Source of the DNA: the human T2T-CHM13v2.0 reference genome, Homo sapiens
Strand: one strand, 5' to 3'
NCBI RefSeq assembly: GCF_009914755.1
Contig: NC_060940.1
DNA: 64,000 bases
Of this stretch, positions 1-12,220 are shown one piece after another. How positions within the stretch are numbered: the stretch's first letter is position 1; the number at the start of each line of letters is the position of its first letter. The notes beneath the pieces were generated by a model, which was not told the origin of the DNA, searched no databases, and was given only the letters and a program-made list of their open reading frames with translations. The position numbers were made by a program, and so were the translations under genes.

Positions 1-3000
1 TTCAATGACTCCATTCGGTTCCTTTTGATGATGATTCCGTTCGATTCCATTTCATTATTCCATTTGATTCCATTGGATGAGTCCATTCGATTACATTCGA
101 TGATTATTCCATTCGAGTGCATTAGATGATTCCATTCGAGTCCATTCGATGATTCCATTCGATTCCATTCGATGTTGATTCTGTTCAAATCCATTCGATG
201 ATTCCACTCGATTCCATTCGATGACTCCAGTTGATCCCATTCGATGATTTCCTTTGATTCCCTTTGATGATCATTTCGTTTGATTCAATTCGGTGATTTC
301 ATTTGATTCCATTCAGTGATGTTTCCATTCGACTCCATTCGATGATGATTCCATTCGACTCCATTCGATGATGATTCCATTCGACTCCATTCGATTATGA
401 TTTCATTCAATTCCATTCGATAATGATTCCCTTCGAGTCCATTCGATGATTCCATTCGATTCCATTCAACGATGATTTGATTCGTGTCCATTCGATGATT
501 CCATTTGATTCCACTTGATGATGATTCCATTCGAGTCCATTTGATGATTCCATTCAATTCCATTCTCCGATGATTTCTTTTGAGCCCACTCAATGCTTCC
601 ACTCGATTCCATATGATGATGACTCCATTCGATGAAATTCGATGATGATTCCATTCGCTTGCATTCGATGATGATTCCACTTGAGTCCATTAGAAGATTC
701 TATTCAATTACATTCCATGACGATTCCGTTCGAGTCCATTTGATGATTCCATTAGACTCCATTCGACGATGATTCCATTCGATGTTATTCGATGATTCCA
801 TTCGATCTCATTCGATGATGATTCCATTCAACTCCATTCGATGTTTCCATTCGAGTTCATTCTATTATTCCATTAGATTCCATTCGATGATGATTCCATT
901 CGATTCCATTTGATGATTGCATTCTATTTCATTTGATGATGATTCCATTCGAGTCCACTCGATGATTCCATTCGAGTCCATTTAATGAATCCATTGGTTT
1001 CAATTCTATGATGATTACATTGGATTCCATTCGTTGATGATTTCATTCGGTTCCATTCAATGATGATTCCATTCAATTCCTTTCAATGTTTCCATTCAAT
1101 TCCATACGATGATGATTCCATTTGATTTGATTCGACAGTGAGCCATTCGATTCAATTCCATGATGATTCTATTTGATTCCATTGGTTGACATTTCCATTC
1201 GATTCCATTCGATGATGATTCCCTTTGATTCCATTCAAAGATGATTCCATTCTAGCCCATTCAATCATTCCATTCGATTCTATTCAATGATGATTCCATT
1301 CATGTCGATTTGGTGATTCCATTTGACTTCATTTGATGATGATTCCTTTCAAGTTCATTAGATGATTCCATTCGATTCCATTTGATGATGATCCCATTCG
1401 AGTCCATTCAGTGATTCCACTCGTTTCCATTCCATGATGATTCCATTCCATTCCATTCAATGATTCCATTCGATTCCGTTTGATGATGATTTCATTCGAG
1501 TCCATTTGATGATTCCATTTGATTCCATTCGATGATGATTCCATTCGAGTCCATTCGATGATTCTATTCGAATCCATTTGATGATTTCTTTTGATTATAT
1601 TTGGTGATGATTCCATTGGAGTCCATTCAATGATTCCATTCGATTCCAATCGATGGTGATTCCATTAGAGTCCATTTAATGATTCCATTTGATTCCAGTC
1701 TCTGATGATTACATTCGAGTCCATACGATGATTCCACTCAATTCCATATCATGATGATTCCATTCGATTCCATTCGATGATTCCATTCTATTCTATTCAA
1801 TGGTGATTCCATTCGAGTACATTAGATGATTCCATTCGATTCCATTCAATGATGATTCTATTTGTGTCCCTTAGATGATTCCACATGATTCCATTAGATG
1901 ATGATACTATTTGAGCCCATCCAATGATTCCCTTCGATTCCATTCGATGAGGATTCCATTCGATTCAATTCATTGGTGATTCTATTCAATTCAATTCTTT
2001 GATTCCATTCCATTCCATTCGACAATGATTCCATTCGATTTCTTTCGATGATTCCACTCGATTCCACTTGACATTGATTCCCTTCGATTCCATTCAATGA
2101 TTCCATTTGATTCCAGTGGATGATGATTGCCATCGATTCCATTTGATCACTCCATTCTATTCCACTTGATGATGATTACATTCGATTCCATTTGACGATT
2201 CCATCTGATTCTATTCGAGGATTCCATTTGATTCCATTCGATGATGATTCCATTCGAGTCCATTCGATGATATCATTCGAGTACATCCAATGATTCCATT
2301 CGAGTCCATTTGATGATTCCATTTGATTCCATTTGATAATGATTCTACTAGAGTCCATTCAATGACTCCATTGGAGTCCATTCAACAATTCCATTCGACT
2401 CCATTTGATGATTCCATTGGATTCCATTTGATGATTCCATTCGAGTCCATTTAATCATTACAGTCGAGTCCATTTGGTGATTCCACCGGCTTTCTTTTGA
2501 TAATGATACCATTCAATTACATTTGATGATGATCCCATTCAATTTCATTTGATGATGATTCCATTAGAGTCCATTCGATGATTTCATTCGAGTCCCTTCA
2601 TTGATTCCATCCGATTTCATTGGATGATGACTCCATTCGAGTCCATTCGATGATTCCACTCGATTCCATTAGATGATTCCATTGGAGTCCATTTGATTGT
2701 TCCATTCGATTCCATTCGATTCCTTTCGAAGATTATTCCATTTGAGTCCATTCGATGATGATTCCATTCCATTCCATTCGATGATTCCGTTTGATTCCAT
2801 TCGATGATTCCCTTCCATTCCTTTCTTTGATGATTCCATTCCATTCCATTCAATGATTCCATTCGAATCTATTCCATGATGATTCCTTTCGATTCCATTC
2901 GCTGATGTTTCCGTTCAATTCCATTCGATGATGATTCCATTCGATTCCATTCATTGAGGATTCCATTTGATTCCATTCAATGATGATTCCGTTCTATTCC

Positions 3001-6000
3001 ATTCAATGATTGCATTCAATTCCATTCAGTGATTATCCCCTTAGAGTAAACTCAACGATTCCATTCAATACCATTCGATGATGATTCCTTTTGAGTCCAT
3101 TCAATGATTTCATTCAAGTCCATTTGATGATTCCTTTCAATTCCATTCTATGATGATTCCATTCGAGTCCATTCGATGATTCCATTCGATTGCATTCGAT
3201 TATTCCATTATATTCCAGTCAACGATGATTCCATTCGAGTCCATTCGATGATTCCATTAGAGTACATTTAATGATTGCTTTGTTTTCAATTCGAAGATGA
3301 TTACATTGGATTCCATTCTATGATACCATTCGATTCCATTCAATGATGATTCCACTCAAATCCATTGGATGATTCCATTCGTGTCCATTCGGTGATTTCA
3401 TTAGATTCCATTCGAGGATGATTCCATTCGATTCCATTCGATGATTCCATTCAATTCCATTCGAGGATGATTCCATTCCAGTCCATATGATCATTCCATT
3501 TGATTTCATTCGATGATGATTCCATTCGATTCCATTCGATGATTCCATTCTATTCCATTCGATGATGATTCCATTCGAGTCCATTCGATGATTCCATTCG
3601 AGTCCATTTAATGATTCCATTGGGTTCAATTCAATGATGATTACATTGGATTCCGTTCTATGATTCCATTCAATTCCGTTCATTGACAATTTGATTCCAT
3701 TCGATGATGATTCCATTTGAGTTCATTCGATGATTCTATTCGATTCTCTTCGATGGTGATTCAATTCTATTATATTGGATGATTCCATTCGATTCCATTT
3801 GATGTTGATTCAATTCGATTCTATTCGATGATGATTCCATTGGATTTCACTTGATGATTCTATTCGATTCCATTCAATGATGATTCACTTCTCGTCCATT
3901 GGATGATTCCATTTCATTCCATTCGATGATGATTCCATTCGATTCCATTCGATGATTCCATTTGATTCCATGCGTCGGTGAGCAATTCGATTCAATTCCA
4001 TGATGATTCTATTTGATTCAATTAGATGATGTTTCCATTCGAATCCATTCCATGATTATTCCATTGGAATCCATTCGGCGATGATTCCATATGAGTCAAT
4101 TCAATGATGATTCCATATGGGTCCGTTCGATGATAATTCCATTTGATTTCATTCGGTGCTTCTATTCAATTCCAGTCGATGATGATTCCGTTGGAGTCCA
4201 TACGATGATTCCATTTGATTTCATTTGATGATGATTCCATTCGATGATGATTACATTGGATTCCATTCTATGATTCCATTCAATTCCATTCGTTGATGAT
4301 TCGATTCCATTAAATGATGATTCCATTTGAGTTCATTCGATGATTCTATTCCATTCCGTTCGATGGTGATTCAATTCTCTTATATTGGATGAATCCACTC
4401 GATTCCATTTGATGATTATTCCATTGGAGTCCACTTAGTGAATCCTTCAGATTCTACTCGAAGATGATTCCATTCAAGTCCATTCGATGATACCATTCAA
4501 TTCCATTCGTTGATGCTTCCATTCAAGTGCATTCGATGATATCATTCGATTCCATTTGATGATAATTCCATTTGATTCCATGCGATGATTCTATTCGATT
4601 CCATTCAATGATAATTCCATTCAGTTCAGTGATTCCTCTGGACTCCATTTGATGATGATTCCATTCAATGATTCCATTCGATTCTATTCGAAAGTGATTC
4701 CATTTGAATCCATTTGATGATGATTCCATTAGATTCCATTTGATGATTCCATTCGATTCCATGCGACGATGATTCCATTCGATTCCATGTGATGATTCCA
4801 TTCTATTCTATTCGATGATGATTCCATTCGATTCCATTCGATGATGATTGGATTCGATTCCATTTGATGATATCATTTGATTCCATTCGTTAATGATTTC
4901 GATCAATTCCATTCGATGATTCCATTCGATTCCATTCGATAATGATTACATCCGTGTCCATTCAGTGATTCCATTTGAGCCTGTTCGATAACTCCATTTG
5001 AGTCCAACCAATGATTCCATTCATTTCCATTCAATGATTCCATTCGAGTCCATTTGATCATTCCGGTAGGGTCCATTCGATGTTGATTCCATTGGAGTGC
5101 ATTCGATGATTCCATTCGAGTCCATTTTACGATTTGATTCGAGTCCTTTCGATGATTCCATTCGATTCCACTCGATGATGATTTCATTCGAGTCCATTCG
5201 ACACTTCCAATCGATTCCATTTGATGTTTCCATTCGAGTCCAATTGATGATTCCATTCAATTCCATTCGATGATGATTCCGTAGGATTCCATTCTGTGAT
5301 GATTCCATGTGATTGCATTCAATGATGATTCCTTTAGATTGCATTCGATTGTGATTCATTTCGTCTTCACTCTATCGTTCCACAGGTTTCCATTCGTGTC
5401 CATTCCATTATTCCATTCTATTCCATTTGATGATGATTCCATTCGATTCCATTCATTGGTGATTCCACTCAATTCCATTCAATGATTCCATTCCATTTCT
5501 TTCAACAATGATTCCATTAGTTTCTAATCGATGATCCACTTGATTCCATTTGACGACGATTCCATTCTTGTCCATTCGATGATTCCATTTGATTCCATAT
5601 GATGATGATTCAATTCGATTCCATACCATGATGATTCCATTCGAGTCCATTCAATGGTGATTCCATTCAATTCCATTCGATGATTCCTTTCGATTCCATT
5701 CGATGATGATGGCATTCGATTCCTTTCAATCATTCCCTTTGATTCCATTCAAAGGTGATTTCATTCAAGTCCATTCGATAATTGCATTCGATTCCATTCT
5801 ATGATGATTCCATTCGAGTCCATTTGATGATTCCATTCAATTCAAGTCAATGATGATTCCATTCGATTCCATTCGATGATTCCATTGGATTCCATTCGAT
5901 GATGATTCCATTCAAATCCATTCGATAATTCAATTCAAGTCCATTCGATGATGATTAAAATCGAATCCATTCAAAGATTCCATTCAGTTCCATTCGATGA

Positions 6001-6138
6001 TTCCCTTAGATTCCATTCGATGATTCCACTTGATTTCATTTACGATGATTCCATTCGATTCCATGTGATGATTCCATTCAATTCTATTCAATGCTGTTTC
6101 CATTTGATTCCATTCGACCATGATTGCCTTTGATTCCA
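1..6138 (+). repeat. Higher-order unit U1 (6112 + 26-bp tandem duplication)
   Basis: Anchor ttcaatga(c/t)tccat(t/a)cggttcc at 1 and 6139; extra ttccattcgactccattcgatgatga copy at ~323-375. Confidence 0.9.
4014..4024 (-). promoter_or_regulatory. DUX4 consensus match TAATTGAATCA, one per full-length unit (also 10077, 20098, 26200, 36140, 42350, 48462, 54574, 60712)
   Basis: tgattcaatta on + reads TAATTGAATCA on -, fitting TAAYBBAATCA. DUX4 is known to bind and activate HSATII; occupancy of these particular sites is not shown by sequence. Confidence 0.5.
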
Positions 6139-9100
6139 TTCAATGACTCCATTCGGTTCCTTTTGATGATGATTCCGTTCGATTCCATTTCATTATTCCA
6201 TTTGATTCCATTGGATGAGTCCATTCGATTACATTCGATGATTATTCCATTCGAGTGCATTAGATGATTCCATTCGAGTCCATTCGATGATTCCATTCGA
6301 TTCCATTCGATGTTGATTCTGTTCAAATCCATTCGATGATTCCACTCGATTCCATTCGATGACTCCAGTTGATCCCATTCGATGATTTCCTTTGATTCCC
6401 TTTGATGATCATTCCATTTGATTCAATTCGGTGATTTCATTTGATTCCATTCAGTGATGTTTCCATTCGACTCCATTCGATGATGATTCCATTCGACTCC
6501 ATTCGATTATGATTTCATTCAATTCCATTCGATAATGATTCCCTTCGAGTCCATTCGATGATTCCATTCGATTCCATTCAACGATGATTTGATTCGTGTC
6601 CATTCGATGATTCCATTTGATTCCACTTGATGATGATTCCATTCGAGTCCATTTGATGATTCCATTCAATTCCATTCTCCGATGATTTCTTTTGAGCCCA
6701 CTCAATGCTTCCACTCGATTCCATATGATGATGACTCCATTCGATGAAATTCGATGATGATTCCATTCGCTTGCATTCGATGATGATTCCACTTGAGTCC
6801 ATTAGAAGATTCTATTCAATTACATTCCATGACGATTCCGTTCGAGTCCATTTGATGATTCCATTAGACTCCATTCGACGATGATTCCATTCGATGTTAT
6901 TCGATGATTCCATTCGATCTCATTCGATGATGATTCCATTCAACTCCATTCGATGTTTCCATTCGAGTTCATTCTATTATTCCATTAGATTCCATTCGAT
7001 GATGATTCCATTCGATTCCATTTGATGATTGCATTCTATTTCATTTGATGATGATTCCATTCGAGTCCACTCGATGATTCCATTCGAGTCCATTTAATGA
7101 ATCCATTGGTTTCAATTCTATGATGATTACATTGGATTCCATTCGTTGATGATTTCATTCGGTTCCATTCAATGATGATTCCATTCAATTCCTTTCAATG
7201 TTTCCATTCAATTCCATACGATGATGATTCCATTTGATTTGATTCGACAGGGAGCCATTCGATTCAATTCCATGATGATTCTATTTGATTCCATTGGTTG
7301 ACATTTCCATTCGATTCCATTCGATGATGATTCCCTCTGATTCCATTCAAAGATGATTCCATTCTAGCCCATTCAATCATTCCATTCGATTCTATTCAAT
7401 GATGATTCCATTCATGTCGATTTGGTGATTCCATTTGACTTCATTTGATGATGATTCCTTTCAAGTTCATTAGATGATTCCATTCGATTCCATTTGATGA
7501 TGATCCCATTCGAGTCCATTCAGTGATTCCACTCGTTTCCATTCCATGATGATTCCATTCCATTCCATTCAATGATTCCATTCGATTCCGTTTGATGATG
7601 ATTTCATTCGAGTCCATTTGATGATTCCATTTGATTCCATTCGATGATGATTCCATTCGAGTCCATTCGATGATTCTATTCGAATCCATTTGATGATTTC
7701 TTTTGATTATAGTTGGTGATGATTCCATTGGAGTCCATTCAATGATTCCATTTGATTCCAGTCTCTGATGATTACATTCGAGTCCATACGATGATTCCAC
7801 TCAATTCCATATGATGATGATTCCATTCGATTCCATTCGGTGATTCCATTCTATTCTATTCAATGGTGATTCCATTCGAGTACATTAGATGATTCCATTC
7901 GATTCCATTCAATGATGATTCTATTTGTGTCCCTTAGATGATTCCACATGATTCCATTAGATGATGATACTATTTGAGCCCATCCAATGATACCCTTCGA
8001 TATCATTCGATGAGGATTCCATTCGATTCAATTCATTGGTGATTCTATTCAATTCAATTCTTTGATTCCATTCCATTCCATTCGACAATGATTCCATTCG
8101 ATTTCTTTCGATGATTCCACTCGATTCCACTTGACATTGATTCCCTTCGATTCCATTCAATGATTCCATTTGATTCCAGTGGATGATGATTGCCATCGAT
8201 TCCATTCGATCACTCCATTCTATTCCATTTGATGGTGATTACATTCGATTCCATTTGACGATTCCATCTGATTCTATTCGAGGATTCCATTTGATTCCAT
8301 TCGATGATGATTCCATTCGAGTCCATTCGATGATTTCATTCGAGTACATCCAATGATTCCATTCGAGTCCATTTGATGATTCCATTTGATTCCATTTGAT
8401 AATGATTCTACTAGAGTCCATTCAATGACTCCATTCGAGTCCATTCAACAATTCCATTCGACTCCATTTGATGATTCCATTGGATTCCATTTGATGATTC
8501 CATTCGAGTCCATTTAATCATTACAGTCGAGTCCATTTGGTGATTCCACCGGATTTCTTTTGATAATGATACCATTCAATTACATTTGATGATGATCCCA
8601 TTCAATTTCATTTGATGATGATTCCATTAGAGTCCATTCGATGATTTCATTCGAGTCCCTTCATTGATTCCATCCGATTTCATTGGATGATGACTCCATT
8701 CGAGTCCATTCGATGATTCCACTCGATTCCATTAGATGATTCCATTGGAGTCCATTTCATTGTTCCATTCGATTCCATTCGATTCCTTTCGAAGATTATT
8801 CCATTTGAGTCCATTCGATGATGATTCCATTCCATTCCATTCGATGATTCCGTTTGATTCCATTCGATGATTCCCTTCGATTCCTTTCTTTGATGATTCC
8901 ATTCCATTCCATTCAATGATTCCATTCGAATCTATTCCATGATGATTCCTTTCGATTCCATTCGCTGATGTTTCCGTTCAATTCCATTCGATGATGATTC
9001 CATTCGATTCCATTCATTGAGGATTCCATTTGATTCCATTTAATGATGATTCCGTTCTATTCCATTCAATGATTGCATTCAATTCCATTCAATGATTATC

Positions 9101-12100
9101 CCCTTAGAGTAAACTCAACGATTCCATTCAATACCATTCGATGATGATTCCTTTTGAGTCCATTCAATGATTTCATTCAAGTCCATTTGATGATTCCTTT
9201 CAATTCCATTCTATGATGATTCCATTCGAGTCCATTCGATGATTCCATTCGATTGCATTCGATTATTCCATTATATTCCAGTCAACGATGATTCCATTCG
9301 AGCCCATTCGATGATTCCATTAGAGTACATTTAATGATTGCTTTGTTTTCAATTCGAAGATGATTACATTGGATTCCATTCTATGATACCATTCGATTCC
9401 ATTCAATGATGATTCCACTCAAATCCATTGGATGATTCCATTCGTGTCCATTCGGTGATTTCATTAGATTCCATTCGAGGATGATTCCATTCGATTCCAT
9501 TCGATGATTCCATTCAATTCCATTCGAGGATGATTCCATTCCAGTCCATATGATCATTCCATTTGATTTCATTCGATGATGATTCCATTCGATTCCATTC
9601 GATGATTCCATTCTATTCCATTCGATGATGATTCCATTCGAGTCCATTCGATGATTCCATTCGAGTCCATTTAATGATTCCATTGGGTTCAATTCAATGA
9701 TGATTACATTGGATTCCGTTCTATGATTCCATTCAATTCCGTTCATTGACAATTTGATTCCATTCGATGATGATTCCATTTGAGTTCATTCGATGATTCT
9801 ATTCGATTCTCTTCGATGGTGATTCAATTCTATTATATTGGATGATTCCATTCGATTCCATTTGATGTTGATTCAATTCGATTCTATTCGATGATGATTC
9901 CATTGGATTTCACTTGATGATTCTATTCGATTCCATTCAATGATGATTCACTTCTCGTCCATTGGATGATTCCATTTCATTCCATTCGATGATGATTCCA
10001 TTCGATTCCATTCGATGATTCCATTTGATTCCATGCGACGGTGAGCAATTCGATTCAATTCCATGATGATTCTATTTGATTCAATTAGATGATGTTTCCA
10101 TTCGAATCCATTCCATGATTATTCCATTGGAATCCATTTGGCGATGATTCCATATGAGTCAATTCAATGATGATTCCATATGGGTCCGTTCGATGATAAT
10201 TCCATTTGATTTCATTCGATGCTTCTATTCTATTCCAGTCGATGATGATTCCGTTGGAGTCCATACGATGATTCCATTTGATTTCATTTGATGATGATTC
10301 CATTCGATGATGATTACATTGGATTCCATTCTATGATTCCATTCAATTCCATTCGTTGATGATTCGATTCCATTCAATGATGATTCCATTTGAGTTCATT
10401 CGATGATTCTATTCGATTCCGTTCGATGGTGATTCAATTCTCTTATATTGGATGATTCCCCTCGATTCCATTTGATGATTATTCCATTGGAGTCCACTTA
10501 GTGAATCCTTTAGATTCTACTCGAAGATGATTCCATTCGAGTCCATTCAATGATACCATTCAATTTCATTCGTTGATGCTTCCATTCAAGTGCATTCGAT
10601 GATATCATTCGATTCCATTTGATGATAATTCCATTTGATTCCATGCGATGATTCTATTCGATTCCATTCAATGATAATTCCATTCAATTCAGTGATTCCT
10701 CTGGACTCCATTTGATGATGATTCCATTCAATGATTCCATTCGATTCTATTCCAAAATGATTCCATTTGAATCCATTTGATGATGATTCCATTAGATTCC
10801 ATTTGATGATTCCATTCGATTCCATTTGACGATGATTCCATTCGATTCCATTTGATGATTCCATTCTATTCTATTCGATGATGATTCCATTCGATTCCAT
10901 TTGATGATGATTGGATTCGATTCCATTTGATGATTTCATTTGATTCCATTCGTTAATGATTTCGATCAACTCCATTCGATGATTCCATTTGATTCCATTC
11001 GATAATGATTACATCCGAGTCCATTCGATGATTCCATTTGAGCCCGTTCGATAATTCCATTTGAGTCCAATCAATGATTCCATTCATTTCCATTCAATGA
11101 TTCCATTCGAGTCCATTTGATCATTCTGGTAGGGTCCGTTCGATGTTGATTCCATTGGAGTGCATTCGATGATTCCATTCGAGTCCATTTTATGATTTGA
11201 TTCGAGTCCTTTCGATGATTCCATTAGATTCCACTCGATGCTGATTTCATTCGAGTCCATTCGACACTTCCAATCGATTCCATTTGATGTTTCCATTCGA
11301 GTCCAATTGATGATTCCATTCAATTCCATTCGATGATGATTCCATACGATTCCATTCTGTGATGATTCCATGTGATTGCATTCAATGATGATTCCTTTCG
11401 ACTGCATTCGATTATGATTCATTTCGTGTTCATTCTATGGTTCCACAGGTTTCCATTCGATGACGTTTCCGTTCGTGTCCATTCCATTATTCCATTCTAT
11501 TTCATTTGATGATGATTCCATTCGATTCCATTCATTGGTGATTCCACTCAATTCCATTCAATGATTCCATTCCATTTCTTTCAACAATAATTCCATTACT
11601 TTCTATTCGATGATCCACTTGATTCCATTTGGCGATGATTCCATTCGTGTCCATTCGATGATTCCTTTTGATTCCATATGATGATGATTCCATTCGATTC
11701 CATACCATGATGATTCCATTCGAGTCCATTCAATGGTGATTCCATTCAATTCCATTCGATGATTCCTTCCGATTCCATTCGATGATGATGGCATTCGATT
11801 CCTTTCAATCATTCCCTTTGATTCCATTCAAAGGTGATTTCATTCAAGTCCATTCGATAATTGCATTCGATTCCATTCTATGATGATTCCATTCGAGTCC
11901 ATTTGATGATTGCATTCAATTCAAGTCAATGATGATTCCATTTAATTCCACTCGATGATTCCATTGGATTCCATTCGATGATGATTCCATTCAAATCCAT
12001 TCGATAATTCAATTCAAGTCCATTCGATGATGATTCCAATCGAATCCATTCAAAGATTCCATTCAATTCCATTCGATGATGATTCCCTTAGATTCCATTC

Positions 12101-12220
12101 GATGATTCCACTTGATTCCATTTACGATGATTCCATTCGATTCCATGTGATGAATCCATTCAATTCTATTCAATGATGTTTCCATTTGATTCCATTGGAC
12201 CATGATTGCCTTTGATTCCA
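6139..12220 (+). repeat. Higher-order unit U2 (6082 bp = 6112 -49 +16 +3)
   Basis: Anchors at 6139 and 12221; 49-bp deletion ~7750; 16-bp extra ~11460; extra gat ~12080. Sum matches the observed length. Confidence 0.88.

Noticed and set aside
3035-3056. atccccttagagtaaactcaac mini-palindrome and the ggttccacagg landmark (~11440)
   Set aside because: A 4-bp stem and short degenerate monomers; useful as anchors only.
5948-6133. Recurrent plus-strand 61-aa ORF MMIKIESIQRF
   Set aside because: A chance stop-free frame copied with the higher-order unit and missing in variant units; no evidence of coding.
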